Below, piece after piece: positions 8,399-16,520 of a stretch of 64,000 nt of DNA. The notes beneath the pieces were generated by a model. The model worked only from the letters and a program-made list of their open reading frames with translations. It ran no database searches and had not been told where the DNA came from. The DNA is from Candidatus Nomurabacteria bacterium RIFCSPHIGHO2_12_FULL_42_19 (GTDB lineage Bacteria; Patescibacteriota; Minisyncoccia; Phycocordibacterales; UBA9973). The position numbers were made by a program, and so were the translations under genes. Each line of letters starts with the position of its first letter. The stretch's first letter is position 1. The DNA lies in contig MFUM01000004.1 in NCBI GenBank assembly GCA_001786955.1, positions 4,457-68,456 of the forward strand, in the 5' to 3' direction.

Positions 8399-9214
8399 AT
8401 GTCTATTCAAATCACCACAGAGCAAATAAAAGGGCTCCGCGATATGACTGGCATTTCGGTAATGCAATGTAAGCGCGCCTTGGAAGAAGCCGAAGGCGAT
8501 ATAAAAAAAGCGCTGGCTATCTTAAAAAAAACAAGCTCGGATATTGCGCTTAAAAAAGTTAATCGTGAAGTTAAAGACGGAAAAGTTTGCATTAAAACAG
8601 GAAACCTGCCTCCTGCCCGCGCAGGCGGGGCGCAGGCAGGTAAAAAAGCAGTCTTGGTGTCTTTGCGCTGTGAGACCGATTTTGTCGCCAGAAATGAAGA
8701 CTTCGCTAAGCTGCTGGAAAATCTTGCGGAAAAAGCGATAAAAGTCGGAGTAGAAGAAATGAAAAAGGAGGCCAAAGACATGATTGATGCTATAATCCAG
8801 AAAACCGGAGAAAATATCCAGCTTGGCGACACATATGAAGTAAATGGAGGTATTTTGGGAAATTACGTGCATAATAATAAGACTGGAGTTATCGTAAGCT
8901 TGACAGGGGGTGATGCGGAACTTGCAAAAGATATAGCCATGCACATAACTGCCATGAAGCCGGAATATATTTCGCAAGACGAAATAACAGAAGATGCCAG
9001 AAAAATAATGAAAGAAATTTTCGAAAAAGAAATAGCCAGTATGGACAAGCCTGCGGAAATAAAAGAGAAAATGCTTCTCGGAAAAATGGCGGCCTATTTC
9101 AAAGAAAAAACCCTGCTTGACCAGGCATTCATAAAAAACGGGGAAGAAACAGTGGGCCAGCTCCTGGAAAAAGCCAAGGCAAAAATAAAAGAAGTAAAAG
9201 CTTGCTTAATATAA
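8399..9214 (+). CDS. tsf: Elongation factor Ts
   Basis: 271 aa. The UBA-like N-terminus reads ITTEQIKGLRDMTGISVMQCKRALEEAEGDIKKALAILKK. It carries the GC-rich insert PPARAGGAQAGKK. Confidence 0.9.
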   Translation: MSIQITTEQIKGLRDMTGISVMQCKRALEEAEGDIKKALAILKKTSSDIALKKVNREVKDGKVCIKTGNLPPARAGGAQAGKKAVLVSLRCETDFVARNEDFAKLLENLAEKAIKVGVEEMKKEAKDMIDAIIQKTGENIQLGDTYEVNGGILGNYVHNNKTGVIVSLTGGDAELAKDIAMHITAMKPEYISQDEITEDARKIMKEIFEKEIASMDKPAEIKEKMLLGKMAAYFKEKTLLDQAFIKNGEETVGQLLEKAKAKIKEVKACLI

Positions 9215-9224
9215 GAATTAAAAT

Positions 9225-9626
9225 ATGTATTTTCTTTTAATTTTATTTTTTACATCGCTTCTCGGAATCATTTTTATGATCGGGAAAAAGTTGGTTTTAC
9301 TGAAAAACGGGCAGATATTGAGCAGAGAAGAAACTTTTTTAAAAGCCCCTTATTTGGAAGAATGGAAGCATTTGACCGTTAAAAACATAAAAAAGCACGG
9401 TTATACGGGGCTCGTAGCCACAATCAGACTCTATGTCCGATCTTCCAATCTTTTAAAAAATAAATATCAAGAAGTAAAAATTAGAATAAAAAATGTGCGC
9501 GAAAAGAGCCAAAACGGCGGCTTATCAGAAAAAAAGGAAGCCAGTAAGTTTTTAAAAATGATTTCGGAATACAAACATAAAATCAGAGAAATAAAGCATA
9601 AAATACACGAGGAAGAAAATTTGTAA
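9225..9626 (+). CDS. Hypothetical protein with an N-terminal TM segment and a Lys-rich C-terminus
   Basis: 133 aa ORF with no recognisable domain. Confidence 0.4.
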   Translation: MYFLLILFFTSLLGIIFMIGKKLVLLKNGQILSREETFLKAPYLEEWKHLTVKNIKKHGYTGLVATIRLYVRSSNLLKNKYQEVKIRIKNVREKSQNGGLSEKKEASKFLKMISEYKHKIREIKHKIHEEENL

Positions 9627-9658
9627 ATGTGTTAGTATATTGAAGTTAAAATAATATT

Positions 9659-9731
9659 GCCGGCATAGCTCAGTTGGTAGAGCACTTCTTTTGTAAAGAA
9701 GATGTCCGGGGTTCGATCCCTCGTGCCGGCT
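9659..9731 (+). tRNA. tRNA-Thr (anticodon TGT)
   Basis: Cloverleaf: acceptor GCCGGCA/TGCCGGC, D-arm GCTCAGTTGGTAGAGC, anticodon stem CTTCT/AGAAG with loop TTTGTAA, T-loop TTCGATC. Confidence 0.9.
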
Positions 9732-9741
9732 CAATAGATAA

Positions 9742-10431
9742 TTAAGGACTTGTTTTATTGTTCCCTGCGGATGTTGTTCCCTGAAGCTTGAAAGATTCCC
9801 TGACCCGGGATGAAAGCTCGTCTATGTCATGGAAACCGGTCAATACATCATCGTCAATCACCAGCGCCGGAAGCACAGTATCTTTTATCTTGTAAATTTG
9901 CAGCATGGATTTTACAGCTGAAAGGTCGGTACTATAATCAAAAGAATAAACGCGAAGCTCCGGATATTCCGTGCGCAGGCTTGAAAGCACTAGACTTTCC
10001 CGCTCACACAAGCCGCAATTTGCCGCTGTTGTATAAAAATAAAGAATAAATGCGGATTTTACCCCGCAGCGCGCGGAAATCTTTTTTGCCAGCAGATAAT
10101 CCTTAATCTGCAGCAATGAATAATATTTTTTCAAATAAGACACCTCATCCGTAGCGCCTAAATTTTTTTGGCTCCATTCCAGCTTATTGCCCAATTCGCC
10201 AAGCTCGTCAGAAAATACTGAATCGGAAATATTCTTGCAAGAAAGTTCGGAAAGCAGGGAAAATTGGGTTTCCGAGGAAAGAATATCTATGGCTATTTTA
10301 TCTTGAATCGCTTTCAGTTGATTGATTTTTTGACTGCCAAAATAATTGCTGAGATAGCTGGCACTGGCGAAAAGACCCACGGTAATCAAAAACACGATTA
10401 AATATTTTTTCCAGTCAATATTATTATCCAT
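9742..10431 (-). CDS. Hypothetical membrane-anchored protein (contains a CGLC motif; possibly a thioredoxin-like fold)
   Basis: 229 aa. N-terminal TM segment. ANCGLCERE is the only notable motif. Confidence 0.4.
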   Translation of the reverse strand: MDNNIDWKKYLIVFLITVGLFASASYLSNYFGSQKINQLKAIQDKIAIDILSSETQFSLLSELSCKNISDSVFSDELGELGNKLEWSQKNLGATDEVSYLKKYYSLLQIKDYLLAKKISARCGVKSAFILYFYTTAANCGLCERESLVLSSLRTEYPELRVYSFDYSTDLSAVKSMLQIYKIKDTVLPALVIDDDVLTGFHDIDELSSRVRESFKLQGTTSAGNNKTSP

Positions 10432-10435
10432 ATAT

Positions 10436-11686
10436 TTATCTCCAAGTCGGTTTTTTGGATAAAATGGTATTGTAAACTCCTTTTATAAGCCAAAATGGAG
10501 CGATAATGCTAAAAACGGGAAAGAAATAAAGCATATTAAGGGAAAAAAGAGTTTTCTCTTCGGTCATTTTCCGCCCAAAAATTATTGCAAAAATTACCAA
10601 AAAATATATGACGAACACAAGAAACATAAAAGACCGGGTATTTATAAAAAAGGTATCAAAATAAAGACTTTTGATGGAGAAATAGAATCCGATAGTATTC
10701 AAAACTATAATCTTTGAATATAAAAAATTTCCCAAGTTATATATAATCTGGCCGAAAAGGTAGCTGACCGAAAAAATGGAGATAATTCCCATAGGCAGGG
10801 TAAAAGTGGCGAAATTACCGTATTTTTTTCTGAATAAAACATCGCGGTAATCAATCGTGTTATTTATAAAACCATAAATCCAGCGCACTCTTTGGCGGTA
10901 AAGCTTTCCGATTGTCGGCGGCGTATTGGTATAAACATACGCATCATTGCAATGCTCTATTTTATAGCGATTTTTCTGCATGCGATAAGCAATTTCCATA
11001 TCTTCCGTGTTGTGGCCATGGCGATATGGTCCTAGTTCATCAAATACTCTTTTCCTGAAAATTGTCAGAGGTCCCGGAGTTACATTGATAGCTCCCAAAA
11101 AACCGAGCATCTTTTTAAGATAAACTCCCATATTGTACTCGGCTTTCTGCGCGTATTGGATAAAGTTTTTCGGATTATGCACAATCACTGAGGGGGCTAC
11201 AGCCATGATACTGGGATTTTTTTCAAAATAACCCATAATTCGGACAAGCGACTCCGGATCTGTCACGGAATCCGCATCAAGACAGCCAAAAAAATCAGTC
11301 TCTAGATTTTCCAGTCCCAGATTCAGCGCGGTATATTTTCCCCCATTTTTCTTGTAAAAAACTTTTATGTTGGGATATCCCGAAAATTTATTTATTACAT
11401 TCCAAGTGCCGTCGGTAGACCCGTCATCCACGAGAAAGATTTGAATCCTATCTTGGGGGTAATTCAAATCAAGCAGAGAGCGTACTGTTTTATAGACAGT
11501 TTTTTCTTCGTTCCAGCAAGGCACGGTAATCGTCACCTTTGGATAAAAGCTGAGCTTAATTTTTTCATTTCTTTTTCTGGTGACTATCTTTTTCCTGTTC
11601 TCAAAAAAAGTGACGAAAAAAAAGACCTGCACGTAAACAGAAAAAAAGACCAAGATATAAAATATAACATCCGAAATTGAAGTCAT
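10436..11686 (-). CDS. Family 2 glycosyltransferase, processive membrane type (cellulose / PNAG / hyaluronan synthase-like)
   Basis: 416 aa. Contains VDDGSTDGT, a DxD motif, QRVRWIYG (the QxxRW motif), and flanking TM helices. Confidence 0.85.
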   Translation of the reverse strand: MTSISDVIFYILVFFSVYVQVFFFVTFFENRKKIVTRKRNEKIKLSFYPKVTITVPCWNEEKTVYKTVRSLLDLNYPQDRIQIFLVDDGSTDGTWNVINKFSGYPNIKVFYKKNGGKYTALNLGLENLETDFFGCLDADSVTDPESLVRIMGYFEKNPSIMAVAPSVIVHNPKNFIQYAQKAEYNMGVYLKKMLGFLGAINVTPGPLTIFRKRVFDELGPYRHGHNTEDMEIAYRMQKNRYKIEHCNDAYVYTNTPPTIGKLYRQRVRWIYGFINNTIDYRDVLFRKKYGNFATFTLPMGIISIFSVSYLFGQIIYNLGNFLYSKIIVLNTIGFYFSIKSLYFDTFFINTRSFMFLVFVIYFLVIFAIIFGRKMTEEKTLFSLNMLYFFPVFSIIAPFWLIKGVYNTILSKKPTWR

Positions 11687-11725
11687 GCGCTTACTGCCAA
11701 TATAGCATTTTAGAAGTTAGATGTA

Positions 11726-11797
11726 AACCCGTCACACTTACTTTTATGACACAACTAAATTAAATTATTACATATCGTTAAAGTAAGTGTGCGGGTA
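11726..11797. repeat. Intergenic inverted repeat (arms about 18 nt, AACCCGTCACACTTACTTT / AAAGTAAGTGTGCGGGT) with a 35-nt spacer
   Basis: Seen directly, between the GT2 start and the DUF378 stop. Confidence 0.5.
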
Positions 11798-11813
11798 AAT
11801 GAAAAAACAAAAA

Positions 11814-12107
11814 TTACATTTTCTTGTCCATACCCCCCGCTTCACAAGAAGCACAAGCTTCCATGCATTTCTTGCACCTGCAGCCAAAAATCTTCATAAC
11901 TGCGGCGAGACCCACAAGAACATAGACGACTCCTTCAGCAACCGGCCAAGAGCCGAGAAGTAGATTGACAACATTCCAATTGCTGCCATTGCCCATCAAC
12001 AATGCCACGCCTACCAAACCCCAATTCAAGCCTCCTATAATCAATAAGGGCTTCCTGACTTTCCTTACAACACACCCACTTTTACAACAACCTTTTCCAT
12101 TACACAT
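11814..12107 (-). CDS. DUF378-family small membrane protein with Cys-rich N- and C-terminal extensions
   Basis: 97 aa. IGGLNWGLVG is the DUF378 hallmark. The termini are MCNGKGCCKSGC and GCRCKKCMEACASCEAGG. Confidence 0.6.
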   Translation of the reverse strand: MCNGKGCCKSGCVVRKVRKPLLIIGGLNWGLVGVALLMGNGSNWNVVNLLLGSWPVAEGVVYVLVGLAAVMKIFGCRCKKCMEACASCEAGGMDKKM

Positions 12108-12258
12108 ATATTTTTCTTAAATTAATCCCAACGCTCTCGGGTCGGGACTCCGACTTTACATCGGGGTTAATAAAAAAGACCTTTATGTTAATACAGTTAT
12201 TATATCATATTCTTAAAATATGCTACAATGGTATATTACAAGTTAAATAGCAGAAGAA

Positions 12259-12307
12259 GTCGCGCTTCAATGGACAATTGCGCGACACGATTCTGCAGAA
12301 TCGAAAT
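12259..12307 (+). promoter_or_regulatory. Conserved start-proximal element, instance 4 (before the dsbA-like gene): GTCGCGC-N14-GCGCGAC then the perfect palindrome GATTCTGCAGAATC, then GAAAT-ATG
   Basis: Same architecture as the instances at 429, 4336 and 63271. The palindrome carries compensatory T>C and A>G changes relative to GATTTTGCAAAATC. Confidence 0.6.
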
Positions 12308-12991
12308 ATGCAAAACAATGACCAAAAACCGATAGCCGGGGCAATCCTTATCGTAGGGGTTCTCATCGCCGGAGCAATTCTGTTAAAAGACAGCAAGGCG
12401 CCAATAGTAAATGCACCAGCTGCAAACAATGAAAAAAATCCGACAACCGGAAGACCGGTCTCATCGGCTGACCATATAATAGGAAGCCTGAATGCAAGAT
12501 TAGTTATAGTAGAATATTCGGATCTTGAATGTCCGTTTTGCAAAGTATTTCACGACACAATGCATAAAGTGGTAGATAACAGCAACGGCAAGGTTGCTTG
12601 GGTGTTTAGGCATTACCCGATTCCCCAACTTCATTCAAAAGCTTTTCGCGAAGCCGAGGCCACGGAATGCGCTTGGGAGCAGGGCGAAAATGACGCTTTT
12701 TGGAAATATACAGACAGGTTGTTTGAGATTACTCCATCCAATAACGGCCTGGATGCGGCTTTACTGCCTGAGATTGCCGAATATGCCGGATTGAATGTCG
12801 CGTCTTTTAATGATTGTCTGGTTAGCGGAAAATTCACAAATAAAGTTCAAGCTGATATTGATGATGGAATCAAGGCAGGCGTAAATGGAACCCCGTCTTC
12901 TTTCATCCTGCAAAAGGGTTCCCGCGTTGATACTATCCCGGGTGCCCAGCCGTATGAATCGGTGATGCAAAGATTAAGCGAGATAAAATAA
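12308..12991 (+). CDS. DsbA-family thiol:disulfide oxidoreductase (thioredoxin fold, CPFC active site) with a signal anchor
   Basis: VEYSDLECPFCKVFH. Start set at 12308 (MQNNDQKPIAGAILIVGVLIAG) because the conserved leader element lies upstream. The ORF track's 12278 ATG falls inside the leader hairpin. Confidence 0.8.
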   Translation: MQNNDQKPIAGAILIVGVLIAGAILLKDSKAPIVNAPAANNEKNPTTGRPVSSADHIIGSLNARLVIVEYSDLECPFCKVFHDTMHKVVDNSNGKVAWVFRHYPIPQLHSKAFREAEATECAWEQGENDAFWKYTDRLFEITPSNNGLDAALLPEIAEYAGLNVASFNDCLVSGKFTNKVQADIDDGIKAGVNGTPSSFILQKGSRVDTIPGAQPYESVMQRLSEIK

Positions 12992-12997
12992 ATAAAA

Positions 12998-14206
12998 CTA
13001 GTCAAAATAATTTTTCAGACGGGAAATTTTGTCGTGTTGGCGAAGTTTTTCGTGAACCTTGGCTTCAATTTGGCGAATACGCTCGCGGGTAACACCGAAT
13101 TCTTCCCCTACTCTTTCCAGCGTATGCTGAATGCCGTCAAGCAGGCCATAGCGCATTTCAAGAATTTTCCGCTCTTTCGGGTTAAGTTCATCCAAAACTT
13201 CGCGAATCTGGTCGGAGAGAATCCGGCGGGAAGATTCCTGGTCGGGACGCAAGATTTTATCGTCCGGAATAAAGTTTTCCAGGGTTGACTTGTCGTCATC
13301 GTCCCCCACCGGCTGTTCCAGGGATACAGTCTCCTGGCTGATATTTTCAATAACATGGATTTTTTCAACCGGGATGCCCATCTCGGTCGCAATTTCTTCG
13401 GCTAGCGGTTCCCGGCCTAAATCCTGGCTGAGCCTCCGGTGTGTCTGCTTATATTTGGAAATTGTTTCCACCATATGCACCGGTATGCGAATAGTTCTGC
13501 TCTGATCAGCCAAGGCACGGGTAATGGATTGGCGAATCCACCAAGTAGCGTAAGTAGAAAATTTATATCCTTTGGTCCAATCAAATTTTTCCACCGCCTT
13601 GAACAAGCCCAAATTCCCCTCCTGAATCAGGTCAAGCAGAGTTAAATTCGCGCTCCGGCCGACGTATTTTTTTGCGATTGAAACCACCAGACGCAAATTA
13701 GCGCGGGCCAATAAATTCTTTGCTTCCATATCCCCGCGCTCGATGCGCTTGGCAAGATCCTTCTCGTCACCCGCACGAATGAGAGGATATTGCCCTATTT
13801 CTTTCAGATACATTTGAATTGAATCATGCAAGCTTGATTTATTTAAATCTTTATCATTAAGGTCAAGGTCGAGATTAAGCAAATTTCCGCCTTCCAACAC
13901 ATCAATCGAGGCTGCAGAAAATTTCTCATAAAGCTCGTCTAAAAACAAAATATTGTTTTCGATGTCCGGAAAAGTTTTTAATATCTCGTCATAAGTGATA
14001 AACCCGCGCTTTCTTCCTTTTTCTATAAGAATATTTGCCAAATGAGCTAGGTTTTCGGCTTTCTTTTCAGCATAAGATAATTTTTTGGTTTTCGGGGCTT
14101 TTTTAACTATTTTACGGGGCTTTTTTTTGATTTTTTTTACCTTTTTGCTTTTTCTCTTTTTCGCAACTTTCGCTTTTTTATTTAATTTTCTGTTTTTCTT
14201 TTTCAT
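12998..14206 (-). CDS. rpoD: RNA polymerase sigma-70 factor RpoD with a poly-Lys N-terminus
   Basis: 402 aa. Region 2 reads [39 protein letters not shown]. Region 4 has an HTH. Confidence 0.95.
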   Translation of the reverse strand: MKKKNRKLNKKAKVAKKRKSKKVKKIKKKPRKIVKKAPKTKKLSYAEKKAENLAHLANILIEKGRKRGFITYDEILKTFPDIENNILFLDELYEKFSAASIDVLEGGNLLNLDLDLNDKDLNKSSLHDSIQMYLKEIGQYPLIRAGDEKDLAKRIERGDMEAKNLLARANLRLVVSIAKKYVGRSANLTLLDLIQEGNLGLFKAVEKFDWTKGYKFSTYATWWIRQSITRALADQSRTIRIPVHMVETISKYKQTHRRLSQDLGREPLAEEIATEMGIPVEKIHVIENISQETVSLEQPVGDDDDKSTLENFIPDDKILRPDQESSRRILSDQIREVLDELNPKERKILEMRYGLLDGIQHTLERVGEEFGVTRERIRQIEAKVHEKLRQHDKISRLKNYFD

Positions 14207-14213
14207 TAATTTT

Positions 14214-15950
14214 TTATTTACGATTATTTTTAATATTCTCTTTTTTCTTATTCAATTCATTTATTTCCTTCAAAATCTTTTTACCTATTTCCTCATTAGA
14301 CGTTTGTCTTAATTCCAGCATTTTCTTGCTTAACTCTTCATTAATATTTTCTTCTTCAAGATTCAGAAACATCTCCGTTATGCTATTTTCTAATTTTTCG
14401 TTGTTCGTATAAAATACTTCTGCTTCGAATATAAGATCTTGTTTGACAACTTCATACTTTTTATAAACTTCTCCTAATTTTTCAAAAATTGCCTTAAAGT
14501 CTATAGCGGACGTTGGACGTCCGAGTTCCGGACGTCCAACGTCCGCTAAGCTTTGCTGCCAAAGAGCGATGCCCAAGAGTTTTCGCTCTATGTAATCTTT
14601 TCTGTACATCTTGGTTAAGCTCTCTCCCGCTTCCTTAATTTCTTCTTTTTCATATCTGAACTCTTGCTCAATTTTTTTTAAATCATCCTGTAATGCATTT
14701 TGAGATATGCCCGAAAGGTCGCTAATCTTTTTTATAAAATGCATTTTTTCTATCGAGCTTTCGAGCGCATTTACAAACGGTAATATTGTGCCTTTTATTT
14801 CCCTACCGGCCTTACGGGTGTCATTGCTATAATTTTTTAAAACTTTACTTAAAAGAAATTCTATAACGTGTTTAGAGTTTTTAATGGCTTCGCGCCAGGC
14901 ATCCGAACCCGTCTTCCCAATCAAATCCGCCGGATCGACACCATCAGGCATATCCACCACTTTTACATCCATCCCCAAAGAAAGAGCGATTTTGCCGGCA
15001 CGAATGGTCGCACTTGCCCCCGCCTTATCAGCATCAAAAGCAAGCACTAGATTCTCCGATAGGCGCCGCACCAGTCCTAAATTGCTTACAACATTTTCTT
15101 TTGAAACAGTAGAATCCGATAAAGCTGTGCCGGATGTCGCGATTGTGTTTTTATATCCCGCTTGATGCGATAATATCAAATCCATCTGACCTTCCACTAA
15201 AACAGAGAAGTTGTTCTTGCGGATGGAATCCTTAGCCTTATCAATTCCGTAAAGCACCGCATTTTTGCTGAAAATGGGCGTCTCGGGAGAGTTTAAATAT
15301 TTCGGTTCTCCTTCCCCTGTAATTCTTCCCGAAAACGCTATAACTCTTCCGCTTGAATCATTCATGGGAAACATAATTCTATTGCGAAAACGATCATAGT
15401 ATCCTTTCTCCGTTTTTTTAATTAGCCCGGCACGCTCTATTTCTAAATCACTAAAACCTGTCAACTTCAAGTGTTCATAAAGCGTCCGCCAGTCATCCTT
15501 CGCAAATCCAATACCAAAATCTTTGATTGTTTTTTCGCTCAGTCCTCGAGATTTTAAATATTCTATTTGTTTCGTTTCTAAGTTAGAAATAAAGAACTTC
15601 TCTGCTTTCTCCATCGCCCTGTATAATTTTTCTTTTTCGCTTTCCGCTTCTTTCATTTCTTTGCTGTAAGCCTTAAGAGGCACTCCGGCCCTATCTGCAA
15701 GAAGTTTTAATGCGCCTTTAAAATCAAGCCCTTCAAATTCCTCGACAAAGGTAAAAATATCACCCGACGCCCCGCAGCCAAAACAGTAATAAGTGCCGCG
15801 GTCGGGAGAAATGAAAAACGAAGGGGTTTTTTCATTGTGGAACGGGCATTTCGCCTTCAGGTTTACGCCTGTCTTCTCGAGCTTTATATAGGAAGAGACT
15901 ACTTCTTCAATCGATAGCCTCTCCTTAATTTTTTGTACGGGGGAATTCAT
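14214..15950 (-). CDS. dnaG: DNA primase
   Basis: 578 aa. CHC2 zinc finger [30 protein letters not shown], followed by a Toprim domain. It sits upstream of rpoD in the classic operon arrangement. Confidence 0.95.
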   Translation of the reverse strand: MNSPVQKIKERLSIEEVVSSYIKLEKTGVNLKAKCPFHNEKTPSFFISPDRGTYYCFGCGASGDIFTFVEEFEGLDFKGALKLLADRAGVPLKAYSKEMKEAESEKEKLYRAMEKAEKFFISNLETKQIEYLKSRGLSEKTIKDFGIGFAKDDWRTLYEHLKLTGFSDLEIERAGLIKKTEKGYYDRFRNRIMFPMNDSSGRVIAFSGRITGEGEPKYLNSPETPIFSKNAVLYGIDKAKDSIRKNNFSVLVEGQMDLILSHQAGYKNTIATSGTALSDSTVSKENVVSNLGLVRRLSENLVLAFDADKAGASATIRAGKIALSLGMDVKVVDMPDGVDPADLIGKTGSDAWREAIKNSKHVIEFLLSKVLKNYSNDTRKAGREIKGTILPFVNALESSIEKMHFIKKISDLSGISQNALQDDLKKIEQEFRYEKEEIKEAGESLTKMYRKDYIERKLLGIALWQQSLADVGRPELGRPTSAIDFKAIFEKLGEVYKKYEVVKQDLIFEAEVFYTNNEKLENSITEMFLNLEEENINEELSKKMLELRQTSNEEIGKKILKEINELNKKKENIKNNRK

Positions 15951-16044
15951 GAATCTTTATCTTTGGTTGTTTTTAAAATTTTCATAAATAAGCTTATAAA
16001 TTATAGATAATCTGGGTTTGATATACATGTTTCTAATAACTGCC

Positions 16045-16129
16045 TTGACACATATTTCATATTTGCTATACTTCGGTAGTAAATGGCTTCGGCCTCCGAG
16101 AAACCCCCGCAAGGGGGTTTCGTCTTTTA
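16045..16129 (+). ncRNA. Candidate small RNA: promoter TTGACA-16-TATACT, then a ~50-nt transcript ending in an intrinsic terminator (AAACCCCCGC-AA-GGGGGTTT plus a T-run)
   Basis: Near-consensus -35/-10 at 16045..16072. The terminator at 16101..16129 overlaps the stop codon of the convergent mazF-like gene. No + strand ORF follows it. Confidence 0.4.
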
Positions 16130-16513
16130 TGGAAGAATATTATGTATTTTCTTAATTATCGTACCAAAGTCATTCTCTTTTATCATACCAATTTTTCTTG
16201 AAAGCCTTCTACTATCCAAAAGTCTTATCTGTGATAAAATACCGGCATAAGTCTTTCCACTGAACTCATATTGGTGATAATAGTTATTGTTTTTCTTGGA
16301 GCTTGTTAATGGTATCGCTAAAAATATACTGTTATTGAATTTTCTAATAATAAGGATAGGTCTTTCAAATAATTCATTTTTCCCATCTTCTTCATAACCT
16401 ATATTTTTACCAAGTGAACAAAACCATATTTCTCTTTCGTGGAAAAAGACATTAGATTTCTTGGTTGATAAACTTTTTTTTAATTTATTCCAATCGTCAT
16501 ATTCTTTTTCCAT
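16127..16513 (-). CDS. mazF: MazF/PemK-family endoribonuclease toxin (type II TA toxin fold)
   Basis: FERPILIIRKFNNSIFLAIPLTS matches the MazF/EndoA RPVLVI...VIVxPITS core. SQIRLLDSRRLSRKIG matches the EQIRTIDKQRL region. The ATG is at 16513 (MEKEYDD...). The ORF track's upstream TTG at 16540 is less likely. The region is AT-rich. Confidence 0.7.
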   Translation of the reverse strand: MEKEYDDWNKLKKSLSTKKSNVFFHEREIWFCSLGKNIGYEEDGKNELFERPILIIRKFNNSIFLAIPLTSSKKNNNYYHQYEFSGKTYAGILSQIRLLDSRRLSRKIGMIKENDFGTIIKKIHNILP

Positions 16514-16520
16514 ATTTTTA

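Noticed and set aside
14085-14312. 75-aa plus-strand Phe/Leu-rich ORF
   Set aside because: It is the antisense reading of the poly-Lys (AAA/AAG-rich) N-terminus of rpoD and the C-terminus of dnaG, a compositional artefact.
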